This document shows, piece by piece, positions 38,819 to 52,102 of a stretch of DNA of 64,000 bases (positions are counted from its first letter, which is position 1; each line of letters begins with the position of its first letter). The notes under the pieces were generated by a model. It ran no database searches and was not told the origin of the DNA. It saw only the letters and a list, made by a program, of their open reading frames with translations. The position numbers and the translations under genes are program-made. This stretch comes from Camelus ferus (taxonomy: Eukaryota): the NCBI RefSeq assembly GCF_009834535.1, contig NC_045697.1, forward strand, positions 16,122,001-16,186,000. Direction: 5' to 3'.

Positions 38819-39770
38819 TGTGATGGTTAATTTTATGTCACATTGACTGATGGGGCCACAGTGTCCAGATATTTGGTCAAACATTATTGTGGGTGTTTTT
38901 GTGAGGGTGTTTTATAAAAACTAAAATATAGTTGATTTACAATGTTAGTTTCTGGTGTACAGCACAGTGATTCAGTTATATATATATGTAAAATATATAT
39001 CTCCTTTTTCACTTTCTTTTGTTATAGTTTATTACAAGATATTGAATGTAGTTCCCTGTGCCATACAGTAGGACCTGTTTTTTTTTTTTTTTATCAATTT
39101 TATATATAGTAGTTTACATCTGCTAATCCCAAACTCCTAATTTATTCCTCCTCAACCCTCCTTCTCCTTTGGTAACCATAAGTTTTTTTTTTCTATATCA
39201 ATGAGTCTCTTCCACTTTCATAATTAAGTCCATTTGTGTCATATTTTAGATTCCACATTTAGTGATATCATATGGTATTTATCTTTCTCTTTTTAACATA
39301 CTTCACTTAGTATGATAATCTCTAGGTCCATCCATGTTGCTGCAAATGGCATTATTTCATTCTTTATTATGACTGAGTAGTATTCCATTATATATATATA
39401 CGCACATATATATATACATATACATATATATATATACACATACCACGTCTTTTTTTTATCTAATTATCTGTTGATGGACATCTAGGTTGCTTTCATGTCT
39501 TGGCTATTGTAAATAGTGCTGCTATGAACACTGGGATGCATGCATCTTTTCAAATAATAGTTTTCTCTGGATATGTGCCCAGGAGTGGGATTGCTGGGTC
39601 ATATGGCAACTCTATCTTTAATTTTTTAAGGAACCTCCACAGTGTTTTCCATAGTGGCTACACCAATTTACATTCCCATCAACAGTATAGGAGGGTTCCC
39701 TTTTCTCTGTGAAGGTGTTTTGATTTACATTTAAATTGGTGGACTTTGAGTAAAGCAAATTATACGCTAC
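38819..39770 (+). mobile_element. MLT2 (ERVL) LTR 5' part, split by a young L1
   Basis: tgtgatggttaattttatgt...gatatttggtcaaacattatt; resumes tttaaattggtggactttgagtaaagca. Confidence 0.85.
38914..39707 (-). mobile_element. Young 5'-truncated L1 (~0.8 kb) with TSD
   Basis: Typical L1 3' end; TSD tgtgagggtgtttt (38900-38913) and tgtgaaggtgtttt (39708-39721). Confidence 0.92.
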
Positions 39771-42289
39771 TAGGCCCAACAAGAACCCTTGTATTCTTAG
39801 ATCATTGTGAATATTTTTCATGATTGATGCTAAATTTTTCTGCATTTATTAAGTGTTTTTTCTGCATGTATTAATATGACCATTTGGTTTTCTTGCTTTG
39901 TTTGTTGATATAATGATTTACATTGGTTAATTTTCAAATGTTGAACCAAACTTTTATTCTTAGAATAAACCTCACTTGTTCATGATGTATTATCTTTTTT
40001 TATGTATTTCTGGAGTCAGTTTGCTAATTTTTTTGTTGGTGATTATTGTGTCTACATTTATAAGATATGTTGGTCTGTGTTTTTTGTGTTTTTGGATTAT
40101 CTTTATTTGCTTTTGGTGTTAAGGTAATAACCTAATGAGTTGTGGAGTGGTAAATTTCTTCTATTGTCAGGAAGAGTTTGTGTCAAATTTGTATTTGGTA
40201 GATTTCATCAATGAAGCCATCTAGGCTTGGAGACCTCACACCCCCTTTATATCTGTGATTGTTTGAAGGCTTTTAATTATAAATTTAATTTCTTTAATAG
40301 GTATAGGGCTATTTATGGTATCTACTTCCTTTTAAATGAACTTTGGTAATTTGTATTTTTCAAAGAATTTGTCAATCACATCCAAGTTGTTGAATAAACA
40401 AACAATTGTCATAATATTCCATTATTACCCTATTAACATCTGTAGGATCAATAGTGATGTTCTCTCTTTTATATCTGATCTTGGAAATTGGTGTCTTCTC
40501 TCACCCTTTTATACAAAAAAATAATACTCATCAGTGTAGCTAGATGTTTATTAACTATATTAAACTTTATAAAAATAGCTTTTGGTTTTATTTTTTCTAT
40601 TATTTTCCCTCTCTTCTATTTCATTGATACATTAATACTTTTATCTATGTTATTTGCTTTCTTCCTCTTACTTTGGATTTAACTTGCTTTTCTTTTCCTA
40701 GTTTTTTAAGAAAGAAGACTATAATATCGATTGTAAATTTTTCTTTTTTTTCCATACAAACACTTCAGGCTGCAAAATTCTCTTTGAGTACTTCTTTAGA
40801 TGCATTCCCACAAAATTTGATATGTGTTAATTTTCATTTATTTCAAAATATTTTTAATATTCATTGCATTTCTTCTTTTAAATACCTATGTATTATTAGA
40901 AGTGTGTTTTTATTTTCTGACTTTGCTTGTATTTTTCTAGTAATGATTTTTAGTTAATTCCATGTGGTCATAGAACATATCTGTGTGCAATTTCAGTTCA
41001 TTTGTGTTTATTGAGGCTTGGTTTATTTTTCAGAATAAGGTCTATTTGAATGTCTATGGTCTATCTGAATGTCTATGGAATGTCCATTTACAGTGGAAAA
41101 GAATGTGCTCTCTACTGATATTGAGTGGCATGTCTTATAAATGTCAATTAATTCAAGTAATTTCTTAGTATGGCTCAGAGCTTTTATATCTTTACTGATT
41201 CTTTCTCTATTTGTTCTTTCAAATACAAAAAGAGGAGAGTTGAAATTTCCGACTACAGTGGTTCCCTTGTGTTTATTTCTCCTTTCAGGTCTATCTATTT
41301 TGTTTCATGTGTGCTAAGCACTGAGTATATATTATATTATTTTTTCTTTAAAATAATTCTTTGCATAAGGACAGTATTCTGAATAAACATTATTATTATC
41401 TCTACTTGCAGATAAGAAAATATACAGATGGAGAGATTTCATAACTTGCCAAAATAACATACAGCATGTAAGTGGTCTAGTTAGGATTTGAACCCAGGCA
41501 TTCTGACTTTGGACCTTATCTGTACAGTAAAATGTCATGTAAAATTAGAAAGCTAAATAACTATGTTAGTTGTTTAAAAGAAAGCAAGATAGAGCAAGGA
41601 AGCCAATATTGGATATATCTCTATGGTGGATTATAGGGGATTTATTTCTTCATTTTATAGTTCTGTATTTTATAAGTGTTCTACAATGAGCATATACAAC
41701 AGTTGCAAAAAGGAAAATGCAATTAAATCATTATTTTACTTGTTTTCATTTACTAGAATCTTTATAAAGAAGGCAAACCATTGGCTTTTAGTAAATTACC
41801 ATGATATTTATTGGCTCAGTAATTTGCTATAATCCATTTAACTATATCTTTATATTTCTTTTTAAAATGCGCCCAATTTGGTTATAAATAATGCTGTGCT
41901 AAACACTTGCATAAGATATTTGACTATATTTCTGATTATTTCCTTAGCATAAATTACTGTAAATGTATTATGGACTCAAGTGTATAAACAGTCTTATAGT
42001 TTTTTAAGTTTATTGAGCCACATCAGAGAGTAGATACATAGAATAATTTCCTATCTCAAATACCAGAAGTTACACAGTTTTCATGGGAGGAAAAAAAAAT
42101 AGAGATTCTGAAATCTTATTATTTCTTAAATATTTAACTAATAGCCATGCTTTGAGAATGTGATTTTATACAATTCCTTAAAATATTTTTTACAACACTG
42201 ACATAGGGTTAGATGAAATTGTTTTTAAAGTAGATAGTAAGTGAGGCTATCCATAGTAGTGAACTCTGTTATCTCCTTGACCCTTGAGG

Positions 42290-43000
42290 GCAAGTGGGCT
42301 AGAGCTTGTGAACTTCCTAAGAAATAAAGGAAGGCAGGCAGAACTTAGTCTGTGAAAACAAGACCTGGGATTCCTGTGCTCACAAGGTATTCCAAATATT
42401 CAAACCAGGGTCACTTACTGCATTGCCTTTGGATTAAATCAACATTCCTGAGATTTCTTCAGATTTTTCTCTTTAATTTATGCAGTTTTTATTCTTAAAG
42501 AGATACTCATATTTCTTATTCCGTATTTATTCTTCTTAGTAAGGAGACTTACGCTATCCTATTTGTTAAAGAATAGTTGAAGAATTAGCAGAAAACAACT
42601 TTCTAATTTTTCTGTCACCCAAACAAACACATTCCAATGTTGCCATATTTTCTTTCACCTCCCACTCGTCCTTACCCGTCCTCCGCCCCCTGCCAGGTGG
42701 CATTTTTTGGCTTACACAGGGTTGTAATGACGTTTGTTTGTATTTCTGAATCTGATGCTAAAAGAGAGAAATTTTAAAATTCTACTTTCTTTTATTCATT
42801 ACAAGTTGTCTTGATGATGGTAAACCAAAAAAAAATTCTTTTCATTTAGACTTTTTTTTTCCAGATGGAATTGTGAAATATCATCAGTGCCTTGGTGTTC
42901 TTAGAGATTCATTCCTGGGACCAGCTCAGTCAAATTTATTTTATAAACTGATGTTCCTCCTTAAAACTTCGTGGTGACTATGTTAGTTTTTGGACCAGTG
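42290..43000 (-). mobile_element. CR1-like RT fossil fragments
   Basis: NKFD*AGP..TDDIS (cf. KSAGPD..ADVIS), IQTNVITTLCK (cf. ANVxPIFKK), VSTGIP (cf. VxSGVP). Confidence 0.4.
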
Positions 43001-43102
43001 GATATTTATACAAGGAAAACCACAACCTTTTTATACCAAAATGTGCTCACTATTCAGGTGTTAATTTTGTTCAACTTTCAATTGGTTGATAAAAATATCG
43101 CC

Positions 43103-43489
43103 TGTCTCAGTCAGCTCAGGTTGCTATAACAAATATCATTGCCTGGATGACTTAAACAACAGACGTTTATTTCTCATAGTTGTGGAGGCTGGTAAATCAG
43201 AGATGAGTGTGCCAATAGGGTTGGATTCTGGTGAGAACTCTCTTACATTTGCAGACAGTTGCCTTCCTCATGTTGTGATCCTCACATGGCAGAAAGAGGA
43301 AACAGAAAGTAAGTTCTCTGATCTCTTCTTATGAGGGAATTAATCCTATCATGAGGACCCCACCCTCATGACCTCTTCTAAATCTAATTACCTCCCAAAG
43401 GCTCCACTTCCAAATGGCATCACATTCAGGGTTAGGGCTTCAAAATACGAATTTTGGGGCAGAGAAACACAAACATTTAATCCATAACA
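43103..43489 (-). mobile_element. MLT1A/B-type solo LTR
   Basis: tgtctcagtcagctcaggttgctataacaaa...ctaattacctcccaaaggc...ccataaca. Confidence 0.9.
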
Positions 43490-44087
43490 CACAGAAAATA
43501 TGCATATATGTGTAGAAAGATACATATGAAGATATACCAATAGAGAGATAGATGAAGATACAAGAAATAAGGAACCATTATATACCTATAACATATCTTG
43601 ATATATGTATCTATATATGCATATATCTACATCTTTATATGTGCATATCTTCACAAACATATATCAGCCAACTAAAAGTTGAAACACACACACACACACA
43701 CAGTCACACGTAAATATGAATGTAATGGTTTCTGAGTTTTCATATACCGAGAATATTTTTCTTTCAAGCATGAAAGGAAATGGGGTAGAAAAGCTTCTTA
43801 TAGAAAAACTCCTGTAATTCCAGATGTTGCCACATTTCCTTCAGACTTTCAATGCTTCAGATGAGAAGCCTGAGATTTTTTTTAATAACTAAACTTAGCT
43901 CTTGTTTCTTTATAAATAACCCCTTCCCCCACATAATGCCTTGTTTTGTCTGCAGAGGACATTTGTAAAAACAACTGTAATACAAAATTTCTGCCAGAAT
44001 AAAATACAAAATTTTTGCCAAAGCAAACATGCTTTATTCTTTTTATTTTTCATTTGTTTTGCTGGAAACTTGATGAGCCTATCACCC

Positions 44088-44615
44088 TTGCATTACTTTT
44101 CCATTGCTGCATAGCCAATGACACACTTAGCATCTTAGAACATTACTTGGTTATTATCCCACAGTTTCTGTGGATCAGGAGTCTGGGCACAGCCTGACTG
44201 GGTCCTATCTTAGAGCTATACTAGGTGATAGTCAAGTGTTGACCAGGCTGTGTTCTCATCTGGACACTTGCCCGTGGGAGAATATGCTTTCAACTCATTC
44301 AAGCTGTTGGCAGAATCCATTTTCATACAATGGGATCACTGAATGCTCAGGGGTTTAGCTACTTGTAGGATGGAAGTTGCCCTCGGCTCCTAGATTTCTG
44401 GTTCCATAGGCCCTCTCACAACATGACAGCTTGCTTCCTCAAGCCAGCACAGAGAATCTCTCTTTATCTGCTAAGACAAAGTTTTATATTATGAAATGTA
44501 ATCAAGAGAGTGATATTCCATAACCTTGCCATGTTCTTTTGTTTAGAGTGACAATTTCTGCTGGTATTCAAGGCAGAGGAGTGGAGAAGGGTCACCTTAG
44601 GATGTGTCCACCACA
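44088..44615 (-). mobile_element. MLT1D-F-type LTR
   Basis: cacagtttctgtggatcaggagtctgggcacagc; gcttcctcaagccagca. Confidence 0.75.
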
Positions 44616-45189
44616 AGCCCACTCAGGAAATATTTTCTTTATGTCTAATTATTGGTTCTTCTCCAAATATCTCATTTTCTTCCTTAGCAACAATGGTAAT
44701 TCATAGTTTTCTTAGACTGGGATTCTGTATTTCTAAGGACCTTTTTAGATGCTAGTGACAGAAATTCAGTTCTACCTGGTTTAAGTAAAAATAGAAATTT
44801 AACGTAAGGGTCCTGGAGTAGGTTAAGGGCTAGGCAAAGTTGAAAAGAGAATAGAAACAGCCAAAATGTAGCAAAAACAATGGAAGTGAGAAAGATCTGT
44901 CCTTTCACCGGTCCTTGTCACATTTCTGCTTTGCTCTGCATGTTGTCTGTTTCTCTCTGGCTGTACGTGGTTTTTTTTGCCTCAGTCCTCATGCTAGATG
45001 CCAAAAGACTAAATGCCTTAGCAAACATAAAGCCATTGGAAAACTCTTGGTACATGGTGAGTATTCAGCAGCTCTGAACTATTGTTACCATCTTATTATT
45101 ACTGGTTTTATTATCCTTATAATTTATATAATCTTTTGCCATTGAAAAACTTCATTCTAAATAAGGTTGGAGAATGTTGGAGAGGCAAT

Positions 45190-45520
45190 GTCATAGCTTG
45201 TTAGTAGAATTTCAACTTCCTCTCCTTTTCAAAAAATTGTATCAATTTGTCTTTTTCTTGAATATTCTTTAAGATCTCAAATCTTTCTTCGATATCACCC
45301 ATTCTATTTTCTCCTGTATCCGTTATATTATTCACTCATTTCAATGCAGAATTTCTGCAACAAACTCCATCTTTCTTTCTCTCAAAAATTACCTTTCACA
45401 TTGTTTCCCCTTTCTTTGCATCTTGTTGGTCTTTCCACCACAGTCTGTTCTCTCCTATGGCTTTCTGCTTTATTTACACAGAGGTCATACTATTTATGTC
45501 CTCCTAAGAGTATAAAAAAA
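45190..45520 (-). mobile_element. HAL1 / old L1 ORF1 coiled-coil remnant
   Basis: NNITDTGENRMGDIEERFEIL resembles L1 ORF1 NSRxDTAENxISDLEDR. Confidence 0.55.
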
Positions 45521-45699
45521 TTTTCCAAAACATGCTTCTAGCCATTATGACACACATATTCCAGAGACATTCTGCTCTGTGCTCTTAAGATAAAATTGTT
45601 TTTTCCTAACTTCAAAATACCCCACCTCCATGAGTTCATGATATTATGTTGAATTCTCTTATCTAATGAAGATAGATCTCTTCAGAACAGATACATAAA

Positions 45700-46125
45700 A
45701 GATGCTGTCATATCCCTTCACTACTCCAGTTCTGGGCAGGTTACTGGCTTCCTAATGTAAGCATCTGGGATTCTGCACCTGAAGCTTCTCCTGCATGTTT
45801 GGGTGCAGACGTGCCAGAGAATTGGCATCCCTTAGGGTAGTCCTCATGGGGGTAGCTCAATGTGGAATGGGAATTGCCCAGCTTCTCAAATTCTCAGTTG
45901 GAACAACTTCAAGGCATGTCCCAAGCTCTCTCCCAGAGGTCTGCAGTGGGTCTGAGTGCCAGTTTCTCATAGCAAAACTTGCTTGTTAAGGCATTTTTAT
46001 TGGCTGTCTTCCCTTTTGTTTATTACTTCCTCACTCCCTGATTGAAGCTTCCTGGGACCTCATCCCATATTATCTATTTGCACTCCAACCTTGTCCCAGG
46101 CTCTTCTTCTATGGGACCCCATCCG
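45700..46125 (+). mobile_element. ERVL LTR16-like remnant
   Basis: tgggaattgcccagc...ttcctggga...atttgcactccaaccttgtcccaggctc. Confidence 0.6.
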
Positions 46126-46919
46126 AAATCAAATCATCTGACAACAAATCAAGTGAATGAGTTCCTCTTGGGTGCTAATTAGATCATTGTTTTGGATTTA
46201 GAGCTGGAGAGCACATTGATGTGCACTGTTCACAATTTCAAACAGATTTTCATTTGGGTCTACTGTGGCCAATCACTCACTACTCCCTGGCTGTGATCAA
46301 AGGGCAGGAAAGTTGTGTCACCAAATGTCCTCTGTTTTCCCCATCTTTGCCTTACTCACAGTCCTCTACTTGCAGGGCTTATAAAGTACAGGGTGCAGTG
46401 CCCTTCATCTTCATGTTTCCTCTCAGTTGTTTTCTGAAACTCTCCATCTAGGACTAGATACAGAACAAGAGACATTAATGATGTTTAAGAGGGAATAACA
46501 TTGTGTCCAAAAGAGTAGAATCTACAGAAGAGATGGTCTGAGACCCAGGCTTTTTATGCATTCAATTCTCTAATGAAAATGCTATGTTCTGCAGTTGTTG
46601 TGGTCAAGAGGAAACATGTCATTTCTGCCCTTAGGAAATGCATAGTCTAGTATTGCTTAATATGTAGTCCTTAGACCAGCTGTAGCAAAAGAATTTGGGG
46701 GACAGATTATTGGATCTTATCGCAGAGCTGCTAATTCATAATTTCAGAAACCTAGGTACTTCTTATAAATTCTAAGTGACTGGTCTAGTGGTTAGTGTCT
46801 ACTTTTTATTTAATAAAGAGAAACTCAGAGAAAGAGAAAACTTATCTTCTAAGCAAATCATTTTTTTCAATCAATTGTCCATTGATGTTAAGTAATTTAA
46901 TTAGTATTAGTTATTGGTT

Positions 46920-47700
46920 TTTCTGTTGGTGTAATATTGTGGCAATTTATTCACAAGTAGCTTCTAAAAATGGTGTGTGAGAAGCATTTTCTGAATCCTT
47001 GTGTGGAAATATTTTAGTTCCAAATTTTACAGATAACTTGGCTGGGTATAATACTCTAGGTTGAAGGTTACTTTTCCTTAGTATATTTGTAGCACCTTTC
47101 TATTGCCTTGTAGCATCTGGTGTCATTGGGGAAATATCAGTGTGATCAATTTTGTCTTTCTAGGAACTTTTAGGATCTTTCTTTTATCTCTCAGGTCTTA
47201 AAATTTTACGAATTTTAAAATTTGGTGTCATTTACTTTATATCCATTGTGTTGGCATTCAGTAGGACCTTTAAGCTTAATGCCATATATCCTTTTGTGTC
47301 TCTGGAAAATGTGTCTCTTACAGCTCCAGTAATTTATTTATTTTTGTCTTTTTAAAAAATCCTTTTATTCTGAGTGTTGAAGCATCTATATTGGCATTCT
47401 ATACATCATATCTTTCATCACATATTCTCTCTCTCTATCCGTTGTTTCTCTATACATTCTGGAGATTTCTGAATTATATTGGTAATTCTTTATATAGAAT
47501 TTTGTTTATTTTGGCTTTTTCTTCTTTATGCTGCTGCTTTGAAAATTTTTGATTTTTAATTCATGTTTTTTAAAAAAAGCCTCATTAATCCATGTGTACT
47601 TATTTTTCTTCTATTGTAAAGTTTGTATTCCCACTGACTTTACTGATAGTATTAATTCTTCCTAATGTCTAGCAGTAAGTTGACTTTAGTTTTAAATTTT
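46920..47700 (-). mobile_element. Old L1/HAL1 ORF1 remnant
   Basis: ttggctgggtataatactctaggttga...cttttaggatctttcttttatc. Confidence 0.7.
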
Positions 47701-48349
47701 GGTGATGTCAGAGTGTTTTATATCTCTATTTGTAATTTTTCCTGGGAAACTTGGAGTGGCTACATCAGGAGCCACTAGCCACATGCCAATTAAAACCGGA
47801 ATCAGATTCTGTTTTTCAAATTAAGTTTACAAACTTGGCTCTTAAATTCATGAACTATGAAATAACGTTGGCAGTGTATCAGTTCCTCCCAACCTGCATT
47901 AAGTATTCCCACACTGGTAGTTTCCTGGTCCACATATTGACCCTAATTGAAAAAAAATTCTACCCAACAAATGTGATGGACTGGTGATTCCAAACTGTTA
48001 CTTGTACATCTTCAGGGGTTAAGTCAGAGTCTTAAAGCTAAGTGGCTTTAATCACCTGAAAAGGAAGTTATCCTGGGGTAATGTATTAAGTGTGTATGTG
48101 TACTTTTAATCTGTTTTTGTCCACTGGAATCCTTAAATAGAAGAGAAACCATCCAAGACAGGTATTTTCAGGCTAGACTACCATGGTGTGCATCTGCCTA
48201 ATAAAGTTGTTGTTGAAGCCCTTCCTGTTGACTTTTAACCTCGGGGTCTGTGTAAAGTCCCTCATTCATTAAACAGTTGATTCCATTAGCAGCAGGCTGT
48301 GTCTGGGATCCTGGGGACCCTGCACCTGGCCTCCTTTATTCCTGACAAA

Positions 48350-49080
48350 TCATCTGATTTTATTGATAGCCACCTGGAAAATTACATTAAGGGCAGGGGG
48401 CTAAGGCACACAGCTTAGAACCCACTCTTCCAAAGGAGCAGCAAGAGACAGCCTGTCCTGGTCTCCTCTGCAGCCAGTCCATAGAAATAGGCATTTTGGA
48501 AGGAATGACTCAATATTACTTTGCCAAGTTCACTCAGCTATTTCTTTCTCTAAGGGGTATTTTAAATGAGGCAAGTTTCTCTTCCAGTTTGCATCTCAGA
48601 GGGGGCAAGGACAGCTCCTAGCCTGCCATCAAAAGCCTTCAGTAGCCCCTTTACTGGAGTCTCTTGTCAATTCCCATATTATTCTGTCCCCCAGGCCTCA
48701 CATGATGCTTATAGGGTGGTGCCTGGCAGTTCGGGAATAGCAATGCTTCTGACCCCATAGCAAGTCTTCTTTCTGGCTGCCACATTAGATCAAAACCTGC
48801 GTGGGATTATCCCTTCAGGAGGCAGTTCTCCTTTTGCAGTTGTTAGCAGGTGTTGCTGAACAGATTCACACTCTCTGGGGAGGTGGGAAGCGCATCAGTG
48901 TCAGAGGGAGAGATTTGCTTTGGGTTAGCGGGGATGACGGCACACCTACACACACTTCCTGCAGCTCCCAGGGTTTCATCCAGAGCTCAAAAAACCGCAG
49001 AGGCAAAATTGGTGAAAAGCGTTTTCCTTTTGGGGCAGAAGGAGCAGAAACCTGAAACCTCCTAATTACTACAGGAAAAG
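48350..49080 (+). mobile_element. CR1/L2-superclade RT fossil
   Basis: Collinear LEPTLPKE..SQSIEIG, RQVSL, KRISVRG..W..G.P, AEAKLVKSV (cf. PxLLKE..SLxxG, RPVSL, QRVxVxG..W..GVP, ADDTKL). Confidence 0.45.
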
Positions 49081-49751
49081 GAAGAGGCTTTGTCAATTAT
49101 TTTTCCAAGAAGATGGAAAGCTTGAGGCACTCCCTCAAGTTGAGTCAGGAAACTTATTTTGAACAGGAAAAAAAAAGACTGCACATAGTCTTAGAAGTGA
49201 AACCATCTGTGACCCTGTTTCTTCAGATTTGAAAAGAACGGAGCTTGAGATTTCTCTGGTTTTTCTAGCAGCTTAGGTCTTATGAGCTCAAGTTCTCAAA
49301 AGAGCCCTCCTCCATAGTCCTCTACTGGTACAGATAACTGAGCACTGGGGGAGGGGGGGTGACTTAGTGAGAAATTGGAATGGTTAAATACTATAAAAAT
49401 AACTGCTTTTGCATAGATTATGCAGCCTTAGTACTTTCGAGAGCGAGCAATTACTCAAACCAGACCAAGCAAAGTATTGTAAAGCAGATCTCTGGAAACC
49501 TGTTTTAACATATAACTTTAAAATGGTTATAATTCAGGCCACAAATTAGCAGCAATAAATGGTGTGATGACTGCTTGTATGCAATGGCCTCTTGGAAAGA
49601 GTTTGGAGGAAATAACACTTTGGATTGGATGGACGTGGATTTAAATTCCTTTCACATCACCTATTAATTGTGAGATTTGGAACCACTTAGCTCCTTAAAG
49701 CTATAGTTACATTTCAGTTTGACAATAATGCAACTACATTATAGAGTTTTT

Positions 49752-49930
49752 TAAATTAAATAAAATTTATTTAATTGAGTTATAGTCAGTCTACAATGTT
49801 GTGTCAATTTCTGGTGTACAGCACAATTTTTCAGTCATACATGAATATATATATATATTTGTTTTCATTTTCTTTTTCACCTTGAGCTACTACAAGATCC
49901 TGAATATACTTCCCTGTGCTATACAGTATA
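49752..49930 (-). mobile_element. Young L1 3'-end fragment inserted in a MIR
   Basis: aattgagttatagtcagtctacaatgttgtgtcaatttctgg...gagctactacaagatc...ccctgtgctatacagtata. Confidence 0.88.
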
Positions 49931-50193
49931 GGGCTGTTAATAGGAGTAATTTTTTAAAAAGTGCATCCACAATAGTTGAAAACTTTTAAAAATGCAAGTT
50001 AGATTCTCGTTTCACTCAGAATGAAATCTAAATTTCTGCTATGAACTGCAGGACCTTCCATACTTAATCTGCTGCCTCCATCTCCAACTCACGGACTCAC
50101 TCACCCTTTGCTCAGATCCATGTCCTGCTTGGCTTAATTGATTCCCACAATATTCTTCTAACATCAGCATCGATGGTTTCTTCTTACACGTAC

Positions 50194-51094
50194 TGCAATA
50201 TTGTGATTTATAAGAAATATATATATTTGGTCATTTAGATGATCAAAACTCATTTCTCATAGATATTTGGTCTTAGTTCACAGTTTCTGGCTCACAGGTC
50301 CCCAAACCCTTGGAATTTCCTTTGATGAGAGCAATGAATGTGTTTCTTGTTATGTTAATGAAGTGACTTTGGGACTGTACCTAGGGCTGGGGGATGGTTG
50401 TCTGGAGAATCAACTGTATGATTTAGAGGGTTTGGGAGTGGAGGGGAGAGGTGCTGAGGATAAAATCAATCGCCAAAGGCCAATGTTTTAATTAATCATG
50501 CCTATGTAGTGAAGTCTCCATAAAAACTCAAGAAGAGAGGGTTCAAAAAGCTTCTGGGTGAACAAGTAGAGGTTTGGGGAGAGTGGGCATATTCCGAGAG
50601 GGCATGAAAGCTCTCTCAGCCCACTTTCCTCAAACGTTGCCTTAGATATATCTTCTATCTGGCTGTTCCTGAGTTATATTCTTTTTATGATTAACCGATA
50701 ACCTAGCAAGCAAAATGTTCCTCTGAGTTCCGTGAGGGGCTCTAGCAAATTAATCAAACCCAAGGAGGGTTTGTGGGAACTTCTGATTTATAGTCAGTCG
50801 GTCAGAAGCACAGGTAGCAATCTGGATTTGCGACACCATCTGAAGTTCAAAGAGGGACTCTCTAATCCATAGTCTGTAGATCAGAAGCACAGGTGATAAC
50901 TTGGACTTGGCATCTGAAGTTGGAGAGGTAGTCTTGTGGGACTGAGCCCTTCACCTGTGAGATCTGATGCTATCTCAGGGTAGATAGTGTCAGAATTTAC
51001 TTGAATTGTAGGACGCTTAGCTGGTGTCCAAGCATTACTTATTGGAATAGGGGAACCCCCCTCACATGTACGGTGAAACTGGGGACCAGAACCC
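50194..51094 (+). mobile_element. MER21-type ERVL LTR
   Basis: tgcaatattgtgatttataagaaatatatatatttggtc; internal duplicated cagaagcacaggt...catctgaagtt. Confidence 0.85.
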
Positions 51095-51149
51095 AAATTA
51101 GATACCTTCCCCTACCACCTATCTCTGTAAGATGGTGTCCATCAGCACT

Positions 51150-51440
51150 AACTCATTGATTCGTTCATTTAACTATATTTATTGAGTACGTACTACATGC
51201 CAGGCATTGTTCTAATAGCTAAGAATACAGTTCTAGACAATCTCCAGGAGGTCCCTGCTTTCATGGAACTTTCATTCTCATGGGGGAGACAGATTAAAAA
51301 CAAGTAAATAGTAGGGATGCTTTTATATAGTTAAAAGAAATATTAAGGAAACAAAATGAGGTGTTGGATGGGGCTGATATAGTCTGGGTAGTTGATGTCT
51401 CTAACGAGGAGGTGATTTTGAGCTGAGATCCCAGTTCAAG
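51150..51440 (-). mobile_element. L2 3' end
   Basis: tcattgattcgttcattt...tactacatgccaggcattgttcta. Confidence 0.8.
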
Positions 51441-51530
51441 CCAGAATCCTGTAACAAAAAGGAGGTAAGTCCCTGTAAAAAGAAGAGTTTCCTATCCTGC
51501 TGTATGTTAAAGGAGCAGGAGGTTTTGTGA

Positions 51531-52102
51531 CTAAAACAAGCCTGGATAAAAATGCACTTCCACAAGACAAACTTGAGCTGTCACATCACTCTTTCCCACC
51601 GAGTTCCTTGACTTGAGGTGGGTAATAAAACTTTCCCAGAACACCGTCATGACTGCTGGGAGAAAGGACCTATAATAGGGTCCAAATTTATGAGGTTTTA
51701 CTATGTACCATCTCAAAGGGGGAACTTTTGAAAGTGCAGGTTTGGATGTGTGGCTCTTGATCTTGTTCACCGTGAAGAAAGTTAGACTTTCCCCTCCTCT
51801 TTCCTCAGACATCCACGTCTCTGAAATAATCATTATGTGGCCAGCAGCAAGGTCCTCCTCACTTGAGTGTGCGGATGGGCTGTCCATGAGGTCCAAGGCT
51901 GGTACCACTGCTTCTGGGTTCATTAGGTATTTATTCAGTCGAAGCCATCCCCATTCTGACTGCTTTAGGCCAATGGATCCGTTCACTCTGGCTCTTTCTT
52001 CCTCTCCCCCCTCATATCGCTCCCTCATTGCTTTAATATGTCTTCAGGGAGTTTCTTCTCTTTTCTGTGCAATGCTGGGAGAATGTTTTTCTTGAGTCCT
52101 CA
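51531..52102 (-). mobile_element. Ancient LINE AP-endonuclease fossil in a long reading frame
   Basis: 165-aa ORF with IISETW, RGG, FGPYYR, FWESF in APE order; frame extends 24 codons upstream with one TGA at 52044-52046. Confidence 0.5.

Larger units (their letters stand above)
38140..41320 (-). mobile_element. Old L1M element(s): 3' UTR and ORF2 remnants
   Basis: atataatttaca...ttttccaaagtggctgtatcattttacatt; T-rich antisense ORF2 at 39790-41320. Confidence 0.85.

Noticed and set aside
45393..45503. 111-nt symmetric exon with good splice sites
   Set aside because: Contiguous with an L1/HAL1 ORF1-like coiled-coil remnant and contains a stop.
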